This document shows positions 31,381 through 44,481 of a stretch of DNA of 64,000 nucleotides, in pieces. The notes beneath the pieces are model-generated. The model saw only the letters and a list, made by a program, of their open reading frames with translations. It searched no databases and was not told the DNA's origin. The stretch's first letter is position 1. Each line of letters opens with the position of its first letter. A program made the position numbers and the translations under genes. The stretch lies in NCBI GenBank assembly GCA_963776275.1, contig CAVZMI010000034.1:32001-96000 (forward strand). Reading direction: 5' to 3'. This stretch comes from Ignavibacteriota bacterium (lineage in GTDB: Bacteria; Bacteroidota; Ignavibacteria; UBA10030; CAVZMI01).

Positions 31381-31904
31381 TGATGAAAGTCCTCCTGAAA
31401 TGGTTGTGGAGGAGGATTACTAAAATCGACAAGGATATCGATACCGGGAACGACCTGATCGGTGGGAACGACTAAATCTTTCGTTTCGTTGGTTCCACTC
31501 CCGCCATCGTATACGCCGATAATTCTCCAATCAGCGAAAGGATTTGTTCCGAAACGCTGAACCACAGCAATATATCGATAGGTAGATGCTGGAACAGGAA
31601 ACTCATAAGGCACGGAATCATGTCCCATTGGAAGTCCGGATTCAGCCGGCGGCGGATAAATTTTCACCGAATCTGTATTGACTACGAGTGCGATGATCTC
31701 GGTAAATGACGTAAATTTACGCCATGCCTGAGATGCAATAAGACGCAATTCCAGTGTATCTTGCGGCCATGTCCCGTGAAACCGGATAACACCGCTAAAA
31801 CCCGGCTGAACCGGACGCGACGGCCCAAGGCCGTGATCGCAGCCGCCAAGGGAAAAAAGAAATGCGAAAAAGAGAGGGAGCAGTGTTATGAGTCGTTTCA
31901 TCAA
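31377..31904 (-). CDS. Hypothetical lipoprotein, co-transcribed with the TonB-dependent receptor
   Basis: LGGC lipobox; stop overlaps the receptor start. Confidence 0.75.
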   Translation of the reverse strand: MMKRLITLLPLFFAFLFSLGGCDHGLGPSRPVQPGFSGVIRFHGTWPQDTLELRLIASQAWRKFTSFTEIIALVVNTDSVKIYPPPAESGLPMGHDSVPYEFPVPASTYRYIAVVQRFGTNPFADWRIIGVYDGGSGTNETKDLVVPTDQVVPGIDILVDFSNPPPQPFQEDFHQ

Positions 31905-31969
31905 TGCAAAAAGTAGTAATTGCTGAAGCGAAAGTCAAGAGTGAAGAGATAGGTTAAGGGAAAGGTTAA

Positions 31970-32030
31970 CCCTTCGCCTTTCCGCCTACGCTCCGCTGGT
32001 GCGGAGCTTCGGCGGATCGCTCAGGGCAGG
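31970..32030 (-). repeat. Nested REP-like element
   Basis: CCCTTCGCCTT[TCCGCCTACGCTCCGCTGGTGCGGAGCTTCGGCGGA]TCGCTCAGGGCAGG, embedded in AGGTTA-type hexamers. Confidence 0.75.
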
Positions 32031-32049
32031 GGTTAAAGTTAAGGTCGAA

Positions 32050-32865
32050 TCATATTTTCCTTAATAAATAAACATCCTGTTTCTGATTGGCATTTTTTCC
32101 TCCCGGCACATAATCGACAAGTTCAAATCCAAACAGAAGGTTATCTTCTAAAAATTTCTTCGTTTGATACGTAGCGCACTTATTATCCCCCTCAATATTC
32201 TGATTCAGCGTCAGTATCCCATAGCGTTCCAATACAGCCTTTTCAGCGGGAGTAAATTTTTGGAATGTAGTTTCTCCATGAGTCGTAAGATAAATATATC
32301 CTCCCTTTCTGAGAACTCTATGGAATTCAGTAGTCCATTTTTTTTGCAGCTCGACGCTTAAATGTGTAAATACAGACCGCGCATAAAGAAAATCGAACAT
32401 CGAACTCTCATACGGAAGCGGTGGCGCCAATGTATTGGCATGGAATTTCGCAAACGGTAGGTTGGCGGAACACCACCGTATCAATTCCGGATTATAGTCG
32501 GAACCGTGGAGATGAACCGTATTTGAATGCGGAAGAAAATGTCTGATAATTCTTCCACAGCCGCATCCGAAATCAAGTATCGAATTGAATGAACGAATAT
32601 CAACCTTATTTTTTCCCAACAAAGCTTTCATATCATCAAATATCTCTTTCCCCAAATAATAATACACCGATACCCATGGCAGTCCGATTATCAGGAATAT
32701 CAACCGTAATGGAGGAGCCGGATAACCATCGGGTAATCCTTTTCGGCGGTATGAATATTCGTCTAAAAAGACCCGGGGTGAAAAAGATTGCAGCGAATGA
32801 TAGATTATTCGAATTAGATCTAGGAGGCCTATCGTTCTTAATAACTTTTTTAATTTGTTTTTCAT
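32050..32865 (-). CDS. Class I SAM-dependent methyltransferase
   Basis: ILDFGCGCGRI, FDFLYARSVFTHL and RVLRKGG. Confidence 0.88.
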   Translation of the reverse strand: MKNKLKKLLRTIGLLDLIRIIYHSLQSFSPRVFLDEYSYRRKGLPDGYPAPPLRLIFLIIGLPWVSVYYYLGKEIFDDMKALLGKNKVDIRSFNSILDFGCGCGRIIRHFLPHSNTVHLHGSDYNPELIRWCSANLPFAKFHANTLAPPLPYESSMFDFLYARSVFTHLSVELQKKWTTEFHRVLRKGGYIYLTTHGETTFQKFTPAEKAVLERYGILTLNQNIEGDNKCATYQTKKFLEDNLLFGFELVDYVPGGKNANQKQDVYLLRKI

Positions 32866-32910
32866 AATAATACATCAAAAATATATTACAGATTCGATGA
32901 TCGGTGATAT

Positions 32911-32943
32911 AAAAAGCCCCACAAGGATTATTTTATGGGGCTT
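32911..32943 (-). terminator. Intrinsic terminator after pnp
   Basis: AAGCCCCA/TGGGGCTT stem followed by T's on the minus strand. Confidence 0.7.
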
Positions 32944-33004
32944 GATGTATTTCAATATCACAAAGCGATACTGCGGCAGGGCGGACGCTCAGCCTGACAG
33001 TACT

Positions 33005-35202
33005 TTAATGTCTGTGATCGCGACGCGGGCCTCTCCGGTCATGTGAACCGCCGTCTCTCCGGGGTGTACGAGGTCGATTATGATCCTCTTCGGCTGCATT
33101 CTCTCCGCCAGCCATCAGGATTTTTCGGCTGAGGTTTAATCTTCCCTCATCATCGATCTTTATCAGTTTCACTTCAACCGGATCTCCGACCTTGAACACG
33201 TCAGAGACTTTGTTCGTTCGCTGGACGTCGATCTGTGAAATATGCAGTAGTCCTTCTTTCCCCGGCAGAATTTCAACGAATGCACCAAAGTCCATGATGC
33301 GCTTGACGGTACCTTTGTATACTTTGCCGACTTCGGGGAGTTCGATAATGCGGTCGATGAGTTCTCTGGCCTTATCGCTTTGTTCCTGATTGATGGCAGC
33401 GATGACAACCGTACCGTCGTCTTCGATATTGATTTCGGCACCGCTTTCGGCAACAATTGCCCGGATATTTTTCCCGCCCGGAACCGATAATAGCACCGAT
33501 CATATCTGTCGGGACCATCATGGTATGCAGCCGTGGAGCAAACGGTGAAAGATCGGGTCTCGGTGCCGCGATTGTCTCTTCCATTTTATCGAGTATATAG
33601 AAGCGTCCCGCTTTCGCCTGTTCAAGCGCCGTCTTCAAGATATCGAAGGTAATTCCTTTGATCTTGATATCCATCTGAAATGCGGTGATACCTTCGCGTG
33701 TACCGGCAACTTTAAAATCCATATCGCCCAGATGATCCTCGCTCCCAAGAATATCGCTCAGAATTGCCACTCCATCACCTTCTTTTACCAATCCCATCGC
33801 GATTCCTGCAACCGGATGTTTGATCGGGATGCCTGCATCCATAAGAGCCAGAGTCCCGGCACATACCGTTGCCATCGACGATGATCCGTTCGATTCCAGA
33901 ATATCGGACACGATGCGTACCGTGTACGGAAAAGCTTTCTCGTCGGGCATCATCACCTTCAACGATCGTTCGGCCAGGTTCCCATGGCCGATTTCACGCC
34001 GACCCGTCCCGCTGTATCTCCCGACCTCACCTACACTGTACGGCGGGAAGTTGTAATGTAACATAAATCGTTTCGTCGATTCGGGCAAGAGGCCGTCGAC
34101 CATCTGCTCGTCGAGTTTCGTTCCGAGTGTGACGCTGGTCAGACTCTGTGTCTCGCCGCGTGTGAATAGCGCCGAACCGTGCGTGCGGGGAAGGAGTCCG
34201 ATTTCAATCGTAATCGGGCGAATATCTGTCAATCCACGACCGTCCAGCCGTTTTGAACTGTTGAGGATCATCTGCCTCATTTCGACTTTTTCGATGTCGT
34301 ACACAACTTCTTTGATCCAGTGTTCGCGTTTCGGATGAGTCTCGTCCGGATATTTTTCTTTCAGTGCTTCGAGCGTCTCATTTACGATTCGCTGGTAATC
34401 ATCGTGACGTTCCACTTTCGTCATCGCCGTATTGACGTGAGTCCGAATTTTCTCGGTAGTGAGAGCACGAACATCCTCGATGAGTTGAGGATCAATCGGG
34501 GTGAGAGTAATTTCGCGTTTTGCTTTAGGAGCTATCTGCATGAGTTCGAGCTGAAGGAGGCATATTTTCTTGATTGCTTCATGACCGACATTAAGGGCAT
34601 CGAGCATCTCTTTTTCCGAAATTTCTTTAGCTTCACCTTCAACCATTACGATGGAGTCCATAGTCCCCGCGACGGTCACATCCATCGCACTCTCTTCGAG
34701 CTGTTTGAATGTCGGATTAACGATCCACTCACCGTTCACCCGGCCGACGCGGACTTCGGCGATAAGGTCCGTCGAACGGAATGTCGGAAATCATCAGAGC
34801 TGCCGAAGCAGCGCATGCACCCAGCCAATCACCGTCATTCTCCTGATCGGCAGAAAAAACCGTAACGATAACCTGAGTCTCATTGTTATATGACTCTGGA
34901 AACATTGGGCGGATAGGCCGATCGATGAGTCGTGAGGAGAGGATTTCTTTCTCCGAAGGACGTCCCTCACGTTTGAGGAAACCTCCGGGGATTTTCCCCG
35001 CGGCTGCTGTTTTTTCGCGATACTCAACTTGAAGAGGGAAAAAATCCTGATCCTCCTTCGTCTCTGTTGAGGCAACTACGGCTGCCAGCACCATTGTATC
35101 GCCATAGCGGGCCATCACGGCACCGCTTGATTGTTTTGCATATTTACCTGTCTCTAATGAAAACTTCCGTCCACCGAGCTCAAGTTCTTTTACATTAATC
35201 AT
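33005..35202 (-). CDS. pnp: Polyribonucleotide nucleotidyltransferase (frameshifts ~34760 and ~33480)
   Basis: [38 protein letters not shown] and GDMDFKVAG plus KH and S1 domains across three frames. Confidence 0.95.
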
Positions 35203-35232
35203 ATGATCTTTCTTCCTTAATCTTTCATGAAA

Positions 35233-35502
35233 TTACTTGCGGATATCGAGTGCTGCAATGATTTTTCTGTACCGATCGATATTTTTTTCCTGGAGATATT
35301 CCAGCAACCGACGTCGTTTACCGACCATTTTCAGAAGACCGCGACGGGAATGATGGTCTTTGGTATGGATATTAAAGTGTCCCGATAGTTCGTTGATATG
35401 CGCTGTCAAGAGTGCAATTTGAACTTCAGGCGTCCCCGTATCGGTATATGATTTGCCGTATTTCTCAATGATCGTCTTTTTTTGTTCTGTTGATAATGGC
35501 AT
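35233..35502 (-). CDS. rpsO: 30S ribosomal protein S15
   Basis: [13 protein letters not shown]...[20 protein letters not shown]. Confidence 0.98.
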   Translation of the reverse strand: MPLSTEQKKTIIEKYGKSYTDTGTPEVQIALLTAHINELSGHFNIHTKDHHSRRGLLKMVGKRRRLLEYLQEKNIDRYRKIIAALDIRK

Positions 35503-35526
35503 TGATATACTCCTTTGATATTGAAT

Positions 35527-36478
35527 TTATATTCCAATGTGAAATTCATTTTTCATAATTGCTTTGCACATTTCGGCGTCAAGCCGCAGTTGTTGAGCGA
35601 GTGTTTCCGGACTCACAAAGCGTTTTTCGTCGCGAATCCGATCGTAAAACCTGATCTGCACACGTCGTCCATAAATCTCCTCGCTGAAATCGAACAGGTG
35701 AATCTCGATACTGAGTTCTGTTGTTTCTGTGAACGTCGGACGGGTGCCGATATTAAGCATTCCGGGATATTCGCTTCCATCCATCACCATGCTTGCTACA
35801 TATACGCCGCGTGCCGGAATTAATTTTCGCTCGCCGATAATACTGATATTTGCCGTCGGGAAACCGATCAATCGGACCACGGCCTTCTCCTTCAATGACG
35901 ATACCATCGGCGGAATATATCCGGCCCAGCAGCAGATTCGCCTTTCGGACATTCCCCACTTCAAGGTGTTTCCGTATTTTCGAACTCCCTACAACATCAC
36001 CATCTATTGTTATCGGCTCGACCACGCGAACGCCAAAACCGAATTCCCGGGCTATCGTCTGTAATTCGGCAATTCGTGCTTCGCGGTCGCGCCCGAACGA
36101 ATGGTCATACCCTTCGATTACTTCTGCAACACCGATTCCGCCGACAACATACTCTTTATAAAACTGCCTCGGCGTCAATCGTGAAAATTCATATGTAAAA
36201 GGAACGATTAACAGCACCTCGATATCGAATTTCTGAAGCAACGTAATCCGTTCTTCAAGTGTTGTCAGAAGCCGGATTGCACCTGCATTTTTCCCCACCA
36301 GAGTTCTCGGATGAGGATTGAACGTCACCACTACACTCCGGCCCTTCTTCTCCCGTGCACGGTGTACAACCTCGGTAAGTATTTTCTGATGCGCCTGGTG
36401 AACACCGTCGAATGTTCCGACCGTGACGATGGAATTCGAATCTTGTTGTATGTCAATCAGTGAAGAGAGTATCTTCAT
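35527..36478 (-). CDS. ribF: Riboflavin kinase/FAD synthetase (frameshift ~35875)
   Basis: GTFDGVHQAH, TFNPHP, GYDHSFG and SSKIR, then GFPTANI, NIGTRPT and EIHLFDF. Confidence 0.93.
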
Positions 36479-37154
36479 TCGCTCGTTTTATCCAGGTTAA
36501 ATCGCGCAAGCTCCTCAATTGTCCAAGCATTTTCGAGGCGGTACGGACCACACGCGAGCGGATCAACCGTCTGAGATATGCACCGCAGCCGAGCCGCTCG
36601 CCTATATCATGAGCCAGCGATCGGATATATGTTCCTTTCGAGCACACAATACGAAAGCCTACCAGAGGAAAGGCAATCGTTGCTACGTCGCACGCTGTGA
36701 TTTCAATGCTTCGTTTTTCCCGTATTACTTCACGTCCGCGCCTGGCGTAATGATAGAGCGGTTTTCCACCGTACTTCAACGCTGAATACATTGGCGGCAC
36801 TTGTTCCCGGACGCCTACGAATTCTTGAAACACCCGGCGAATATCGGCTTCTGTAATGCCTTCGATTGACCTGCGTTCTTCAATTTCGGTTTCCACATCA
36901 AAACTTCGGGTCCACGCTCCGAGCTCAAGATCTCCCTCATATTCTTTGTCAAAATTCTTAAACTCTTCGATCGTCTTTGTTTTTTTCCCCGTGCAGAGTA
37001 TCAGGAGTCCAGTAGCCTTTGGATCAAGCGTCCCTGCATGACCGATTTTCCCAATATGAAAAAGATGTTTGACTTTTTTTACCACATCGAACAACGTCCA
37101 ATCGATCGGTTTATTAATAAGCAAGACCTCCCCTTCATCGAAATCAAATGTCAC
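36453..37154 (-). CDS. truB: tRNA pseudouridine(55) synthase (probable frameshift ~36545)
   Basis: INKP, KIGHAGTLDPKATG, QVPPMYSALK and CSKGTYIRSLA. Start placed at the GTG downstream of the REP. Confidence 0.92.
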   Translation of the reverse strand: MTFDFDEGEVLLINKPIDWTLFDVVKKVKHLFHIGKIGHAGTLDPKATGLLILCTGKKTKTIEEFKNFDKEYEGDLELGAWTRSFDVETEIEERRSIEGITEADIRRVFQEFVGVREQVPPMYSALKYGGKPLYHYARRGREVIREKRSIEITACDVATIAFPLVGFRIVCSKGTYIRSLAHDIGERLGCGAYLRRLIRSRVVRTASKMLGQLRSLRDLTWIKRANEDTLFTD

Positions 37155-37181
37155 CTTACTATGAAGCAGGATCGCTGAAGG

Positions 37182-37229
37182 CCTGTCCTGAGCGACTTGC
37201 CCCGGGTTACATCGAGGGGAGTCGAAGGA
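37182..37229 (+). repeat. Nested REP-like element between rbfA and truB
   Basis: CCTGTCCTGAGCGA[CTTGCCCCGGGTTACATCGAGGG]GAGTCGAAGGA. Confidence 0.75.
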
Positions 37230-37257
37230 AGGCGGCGATGTTTCACTATATTTCACA

Positions 37258-37617
37258 CTATTCTCCCGAGGATGAACCGTTGTCATGCGTTTTCTTTATC
37301 AGATCATTGATTCGTTCGACACGATCGAGCGTATCATCAAGATGAAAATGTATTGCTGGTGTAAACTTCAATCGAATGTGACCACCGAGTAATGATCGAA
37401 CGTGCCCTTTGTGATCTTCCAGCATTGTCAGTGTTTTCTCCCGTATCTCGATATTCCCTAGGATACTCACATACACTTTTGCGATTTTGAGATCGGGTGT
37501 TACTTTTACTTCTGTCACCGTAATAAAACCGTATCCCGGTTTGGTCAATTCTCGTTGGATTATTGTGCTCACCTCTTCCCGAATCAGGGAAGCAACTCTG
37601 TTCATCCGGACCGTCAT
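37258..37617 (-). CDS. rbfA: Ribosome-binding factor A
   Basis: RMNRVASLIREEV, ITVTEVKVTPDLKIAKVY and LKFTPAIHF; infB-rbfA-truB synteny. Confidence 0.95.
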   Translation of the reverse strand: MTVRMNRVASLIREEVSTIIQRELTKPGYGFITVTEVKVTPDLKIAKVYVSILGNIEIREKTLTMLEDHKGHVRSLLGGHIRLKFTPAIHFHLDDTLDRVERINDLIKKTHDNGSSSGE

Positions 37618-37687
37618 ACCATTCTCCTTTAAACCCGCCACATGAAACCGATAAAGTATAGCGGGGATGAGCCTATGGCTCATTCTC

Positions 37688-40411
37688 TTACGCCAATTTT
37701 CGTTTTGTCTCAACGATCCGGTATCCTTCGATAACATCACCGACCTTCAGGTCGTTGTAATTCTCGATTCCGATACCACATTCAAAACCCTGTTCGACTT
37801 CACGCACATCGTCTTTAAATCGTTTCAGTGACGAGATCCCACTGTCAAAAATTACTATACCATCGCGAACCAATCGGACGCGGGTATTCCGCGTGATCTT
37901 TCCCTGCTGAACGTAACATCCGGCAATTGTTCCCGCCTTTGGCACCCTGAAGGTTTGCCGGATCTCGACCGTCGCAGTGATTTCTTCTTTCTGTTCGGGC
38001 GCGAGTAATCCCTCAAGTGCATCATGAACCTCATTAATGGCATCGTAAATGATATTATAGAGTCTGATGTCCACTTTTTCCTGCTCGGCGAGCTGGCGGG
38101 CTTTCAGGTTCGGACGCACGTGGAAACCGATGATCACGGCCCCGGATGCAGTTGCGAGCAGTACATCCGATTCAGAAATTGCGCCGACTCCGCGATGAAT
38201 CACATTGACTTTTACTTCATCGGTCGATATCTTCATCAGAGCATCGCCAAGTGCCTCAACCGATCCATCGACATCGCCTTTCACGATGACTTTCAATTCC
38301 CTCACGACGCCTTCCTGAATTTGCTTTGATATATCGTCGAGTGTCAACATATGAATCTGGCGGAAATCCTGCTCGCGTTTGAGCTGCTGGCGCTTCAAGC
38401 TGATTTCGCGTGCATACCGCTCGGAGGCAAGCGAAACAAACACATCGCCGGCCTGTGGGACACCGTCGAAGCCGGTAACCTGAACCGGAGTCGACGGCCT
38501 GGCAGCCTCGACACGATTTCCGCGTTCATCAAAGAGTGACCTGACTCTGCCGCTGTAAATTCCTGCTACAAAGGCATCACCGACACGAAGTGTTCCCTTT
38601 TGGACAAGTACTGTCCCAACAATTCCTTTTCCTTTGTCAAGCTGTGCCTCGATTATCGTTCCCCGGGCAAGTCGATCGGGATTTGCTTTGAGTTCCAGCA
38701 CTTCGGCTTCCAGTAGTATCTTTTCCAGCAGCAGTTCTATATTCTTTCCGGAGCGCGCCGAGAGTTCTACAGATTGATATTTTCCGCCCCATTCTTCGAC
38801 AAGAATCCCCTTATCGCTCAACTGTTGCCGGATGCGATCAGGATTTGCATCCGCCTTGTCGATCTTGTTCATCGCTATTATGATCGGAACGTTGGCAGCC
38901 TGTGCATGGTTGATCGCTTCGACAGTCTGCGGCATCACGCTATCATCGGTCGCGACCACAAGTACGACAATATCGGTCACCTGTGCTCCGCGGGCACGCA
39001 TCGCCGTGAAAGCTTCGTGGCCTGGCGTATCCAGAAAACTAATCTGCCTCCCGTTTTGAAGCGTCACTTCATATGCACCTATATGCTGTGTAATTCCACC
39101 CGCCTCACCTGCCACAACATTTGCACTACGGATATAATCTAGAAGTGAAGTTTTTCCATGGTCAACATGTCCCATGATTGTTACTACCGGGGCACGCGAT
39201 TTCAATGTAGATTCCAGATCGGGAACATCTTTCAGGACATCCTCGGTGAATTCTTCCTGGAATTCCACCTGTAATCCGAATTCGTCGGCGACCAGCTGGA
39301 TCGTATCTTTATCCAGTCTCTGGTTAATCGATACCATGAGGCCGAGTCCGATACACTTGGCGATCACCTCGCTGACATCCACATTCATCAAATTAGCGAT
39401 CTCGCCGACGGTAACGTACTCAGTGACATGTAGTATCGATTTATCCCGTTCGGCCAATTCCATAATGCGTTGTTCTTCCTGCTCTCTCTTTTCGCGCTTT
39501 TTCCTTCGGAAGAGTGCACGGGCACTGACGGGCGCGGTATCGTCCATTTCCTGGAGCGTTCGTCGGATTGCGTCTTCGACTTCCTTTGTATCGATTTCAT
39601 GATGGCGGAGTTTTTTCTTTTTCTTCTTCTTCTTTCCTTCTTCTTCCTCAACCGCGGTAATCGCGTGCACTTCTTCACGCAGCTTCTTTTTCTTCTTCTT
39701 TTTCTTCTTATGTTCTTCCACTTCGGGGGGTAACAACATTCCTTCAATGCCGCGTGCCGGGCCAACCTGTCGCTGCGGCGGCCTCAGCTCTATTTTACCC
39801 ATTACTTTAAGGGTTCGCTGTTGTGCCTTGGCTTTTTCGAGAGGTGAAATATGAGCCTCTTCCGCGTGTTTCTTCTTTCTCCTGCGCCGTTGCGGACCTG
39901 TTTCTTCACGTGCTATTACCGTCGCTTGTTCCGCACCACCCGTGGGTACCTCTTCTCCGCCGAGGGGAAGTTCTCCCTGGACAGGTTCAGCAATCTCCGG
40001 AGCACCGGGTCCCTGTGTCTCCTCTGGGGGTTTCCCCCGCGCTTCGATCACTTCGGTGACCGGAGAAACGCTCACAGGTTCACCCGCCGGATGCTCGACT
40101 TTCTCTTCCTTCAGTTTTTCTTCTTTCGGAGCATGGAGTTCAACAACAGGGGAAACCTCTTCGGGTCTTTTTTCAATCTTCTTCCGGGATTCACGAATCT
40201 CGGCTATTTTCCGATGGTGCTTTTCGGCTACGTCCTTATCCTTCTTGAAATGGACAAGAATATCGCGAAACATCTCCTCGGTCACCGTCGACATGTGACT
40301 CTTGATCGAATATCCTTTTTTATTCAGGAATTCGATAATAGTTTCGCTCGAGAGATTTAGTTCCGTTGCTAGCTTGTACACCTTTTTCTTTTTTTCGACT
40401 TGTTCTGTCAT
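37688..40411 (-). CDS. infB: Translation initiation factor IF-2
   Basis: [31 protein letters not shown] and [10 protein letters not shown]. Confidence 0.98.
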   Translation of the reverse strand: MTEQVEKKKKVYKLATELNLSSETIIEFLNKKGYSIKSHMSTVTEEMFRDILVHFKKDKDVAEKHHRKIAEIRESRKKIEKRPEEVSPVVELHAPKEEKLKEEKVEHPAGEPVSVSPVTEVIEARGKPPEETQGPGAPEIAEPVQGELPLGGEEVPTGGAEQATVIAREETGPQRRRRKKKHAEEAHISPLEKAKAQQRTLKVMGKIELRPPQRQVGPARGIEGMLLPPEVEEHKKKKKKKKKLREEVHAITAVEEEEGKKKKKKKKLRHHEIDTKEVEDAIRRTLQEMDDTAPVSARALFRRKKREKREQEEQRIMELAERDKSILHVTEYVTVGEIANLMNVDVSEVIAKCIGLGLMVSINQRLDKDTIQLVADEFGLQVEFQEEFTEDVLKDVPDLESTLKSRAPVVTIMGHVDHGKTSLLDYIRSANVVAGEAGGITQHIGAYEVTLQNGRQISFLDTPGHEAFTAMRARGAQVTDIVVLVVATDDSVMPQTVEAINHAQAANVPIIIAMNKIDKADANPDRIRQQLSDKGILVEEWGGKYQSVELSARSGKNIELLLEKILLEAEVLELKANPDRLARGTIIEAQLDKGKGIVGTVLVQKGTLRVGDAFVAGIYSGRVRSLFDERGNRVEAARPSTPVQVTGFDGVPQAGDVFVSLASERYAREISLKRQQLKREQDFRQIHMLTLDDISKQIQEGVVRELKVIVKGDVDGSVEALGDALMKISTDEVKVNVIHRGVGAISESDVLLATASGAVIIGFHVRPNLKARQLAEQEKVDIRLYNIIYDAINEVHDALEGLLAPEQKEEITATVEIRQTFRVPKAGTIAGCYVQQGKITRNTRVRLVRDGIVIFDSGISSLKRFKDDVREVEQGFECGIGIENYNDLKVGDVIEGYRIVETKRKLA

Positions 40412-40599
40412 TCTTCTACTATAATTCGTACATGACGAAGAATTAGTACCGCTCCAACTATTATTTCAAAAAAATTCTATGTGATTATATGTGTTGGAGT
40501 CCCGCTCTCTGAGCGGGATGCCACTTTTATAATACGGTGAAACAGTACCGCTACGCGGTAGTAAAAACTAATTGGAGTGGCACTATTATGTTGAAAACG

Positions 40600-41979
40600 T
40601 TATGATCGGCGGATTGTTCCTCCCTGAGGAAGTGCATTCGCCTTCCGTTTCGCCTCGCGGTCTTCTTTTGTTTCCTTTTCTACTTCGTTCTCTCCTATTT
40701 CCGATTCTTCTTCCTCGTCGGTTTCCCCCTCCTCTTCAACCTCCGCTTCTTCCAGTCCGACCTTCATCATTTCAAGGATTTCTTTCGCCCGTTCCTCACC
40801 AATACCATCAATTGTTGTCAGTTTTTCCATCCCGGCTTCGATCACCTCACGGGCAGTCGTCAATTCTTCGTCAATCAGACGTTCATAGATTGCCTCACCC
40901 AGCTCGGCACGAAATTGCTGGAGCTCAATATCGTACTCTTCTTCAGGCGCGCCTTCGTTCACAACGTCAATTTCATATCCGGTAAGCTTCGATGCGAGAC
41001 GGACATTCTGACCATTTTTCCCGATCGCGAGCGACGCTTGATCGTTTGCCACAAGAATCACGGCTCTCTTTTGCTCATTATCGATTGAGAGGTTTTTTAA
41101 TTTTGCCGGTGCGAGAGCCCGGGTAATCATTACGACATGATCTTCGCTATAGTTAATGACATCTATATTTTCGTTGTTCAATTCACGGACGATGGCGTGT
41201 ATCCGGACTCCCTTCATGCCCACGCAGGCGCCGACAGCATCTATTCGGTCGTCGTGCGATTCCACCGCCACTTTCGAGCGTTCACCGGCTTCCCGTGCGA
41301 CAGCCTTGATCTCGATGATACCATCGTAGATTTCCGGAATTTCGATCTCAAACAGCTTGATAAGAAACTTCGGATCACTTCGCGATATAATCACGCGGGG
41401 ATTTCCGGGACCTTTCTGTACTTCCTTGACCAGAGCCCGGAGCGTATCTCCTTTTTTGTACCGTTCTTTGAAAATCTGTTCCTCCTTGGGGAGAATCAAT
41501 TCATTACGGTTATGGAGAACAAGAATCTCTTTTTTCCGAATTTGATAAATTTCCCCAACGACAATTTCCCCCAGGGCGGCAGAATATTCATTATAGATCA
41601 ATTCCTTTTCGACATCTTTGATCCGCTGGTTGAGAGTCTGCTTTGCCGTCACGACAAGCCTGCGTCCGAAGGATTCGAGATCAATGATCTCAACGTATTC
41701 GTCTCCGACATTAAGCTCTTCCCCAGATCCTTTTCGTGCCGTTTCAACATCGACCTGCATTACAGGATTTTCAACCACCTCGACAACTTCACGCTCAAGG
41801 TAAATTTCAATATCTCCCTTTTCCATATTGACTACGACTTCGAACTTGGCATCCTGTCCGTATTTTTTCCTCATCATCATTCCGAAGATGTCTTCGAGAA
41901 TGCCGACAAGAATGTCCTTGTCGATCCCCTTATCTCGCGCCATCTGTGCGAATGAGTCGACGATTTGATAATTCATCAT
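40600..41979 (-). CDS. nusA: Transcription termination factor NusA
   Basis: FGR..AKQ, S1 domain, EIPEIYDG, AREAGERSK, ACVGMKG and SLAIGKNGQNVRLA. Confidence 0.97.
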   Translation of the reverse strand: MMNYQIVDSFAQMARDKGIDKDILVGILEDIFGMMMRKKYGQDAKFEVVVNMEKGDIEIYLEREVVEVVENPVMQVDVETARKGSGEELNVGDEYVEIIDLESFGRRLVVTAKQTLNQRIKDVEKELIYNEYSAALGEIVVGEIYQIRKKEILVLHNRNELILPKEEQIFKERYKKGDTLRALVKEVQKGPGNPRVIISRSDPKFLIKLFEIEIPEIYDGIIEIKAVAREAGERSKVAVESHDDRIDAVGACVGMKGVRIHAIVRELNNENIDVINYSEDHVVMITRALAPAKLKNLSIDNEQKRAVILVANDQASLAIGKNGQNVRLASKLTGYEIDVVNEGAPEEEYDIELQQFRAELGEAIYERLIDEELTTAREVIEAGMEKLTTIDGIGEERAKEILEMMKVGLEEAEVEEEGETDEEEESEIGENEVEKETKEDREAKRKANALPQGGTIRRS

Positions 41980-42022
41980 GTTCTCCTGCTATAAAAATTT
42001 TGTCCCCTATATCTGCCGCCCC

Positions 42023-42478
42023 CTATTTGAAGCGGGGTTCGACAGTTGCACGCAGAATTCCGGCTATCGGTATCTCGACGGCGGTTCCTTCTTCATTCTC
42101 CACCATAATCGAGTTCTCTGTCACCGTTACTAATTTTCCGACGACCGTCACCGCTGTGCCTTCCATGGTATATTTCACTTTGAGGGTTCGGCCGATATTT
42201 TTAGGATACTGGCGATACAATTTCAGCGGCCGGTCAAGACCGGGCGACGAAACCTCGAGTCTATAACGTCCGTGAATGATCTCAGCAGCATCAAGCCGGG
42301 CAGCAAGATCACGACTGATCGAGGCACAGAGTTCTGTCGTGATGCCTGAATCTGAATCGACAAAAACTTCAACAACGCGTGTACCATGTTCACCACGGAC
42401 AGCGCAGTCGACCAGGTAAGCCTTGTAGCCCTCGATAATCGCTTCAGCATGATTGCATACCGCCTTCGCCAGATTCAT
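42023..42478 (-). CDS. rimP: Ribosome maturation factor RimP
   Basis: YRLEVSSPGLDRPL; directly upstream of nusA. Confidence 0.95.
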   Translation of the reverse strand: MNLAKAVCNHAEAIIEGYKAYLVDCAVRGEHGTRVVEVFVDSDSGITTELCASISRDLAARLDAAEIIHGRYRLEVSSPGLDRPLKLYRQYPKNIGRTLKVKYTMEGTAVTVVGKLVTVTENSIMVENEEGTAVEIPIAGILRATVEPRFK

Positions 42479-42496
42479 GCAAATTCAATTCCTTCC

Positions 42497-42527
42497 AAAA
42501 AAAATAGCCCATTAAGGTGGGCTATTT
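42497..42527 (-). terminator. Terminator hairpin in the rimP leader / after atpC
   Basis: AAATAGCCCA/TGGGCTATTT stem plus T tract on the minus strand. Confidence 0.75.
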
Positions 42528-42537
42528 GAGGTTTTTG

Positions 42538-42566
42538 AATATAGTAAATTCCTTCATAGAAAGCAA
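42538..42566 (-). promoter_or_regulatory. Sigma70 promoter for the rimP operon
   Basis: TTGCTT-N17-TATATT on the minus strand. Confidence 0.6.
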
Positions 42567-42571
42567 GGAAA

Positions 42572-42982
42572 TTAGTTTTTTCCCGCAATTCTTAAGCGAT
42601 TCAGAGCTCTCTGAAGAGCCGCTTCAGCACGAACAAGGTCGGCTCCGGGTTCCCGCATATGCAGCCGTTCTCTTGCCCGATTCTGCGCCGCTTCCGCGCG
42701 TTTTACATCGATTTCGGAAGCTTTTTCAGCCGTTTCAGCCAGTAGGATTACCTTATTGTTACGCACTTCCAGAAAACCGCCGGTTGTGGCATAGCGGTCC
42801 GTATTCCCATTTTTATCGGTCACTTTGATTTCACCTATAACCAGCGAAGAAAGTAATGGGGCATGACCAACCAGCACCTGAAAACCGCCGAGGGCTCCCG
42901 GCACCGACACACTTTCGACCTTATCGCTAAAGATGATCTTCAGTGGTGTAACAATATCAAGCAGAAACAGTTTCTCTTCCAT
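42572..42982 (-). CDS. atpC: ATP synthase F1 epsilon subunit
   Basis: LDIVTP, PGALGGFQVLVGHAPL, GGFLEV, IDVKRA and ALQRALNRL. Confidence 0.96.
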   Translation of the reverse strand: MEEKLFLLDIVTPLKIIFSDKVESVSVPGALGGFQVLVGHAPLLSSLVIGEIKVTDKNGNTDRYATTGGFLEVRNNKVILLAETAEKASEIDVKRAEAAQNRARERLHMREPGADLVRAEAALQRALNRLRIAGKN

Positions 42983-42984
42983 AA

Positions 42985-44481
<1,497 letters not shown>

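Noticed and set aside
33005-36478. Programmed ribosomal frameshifting in pnp/ribF
   Set aside because: No consistent slippery motifs, and similar breaks are scattered across many unrelated genes.
37155-37286. N-terminal extension of truB (also the long ORF-track starts of rsmI, rbfA, atpD, trpG, dedA)
   Set aside because: The extensions run through intergenic REP or neighbouring gene sequence; conserved domains begin at downstream starts.
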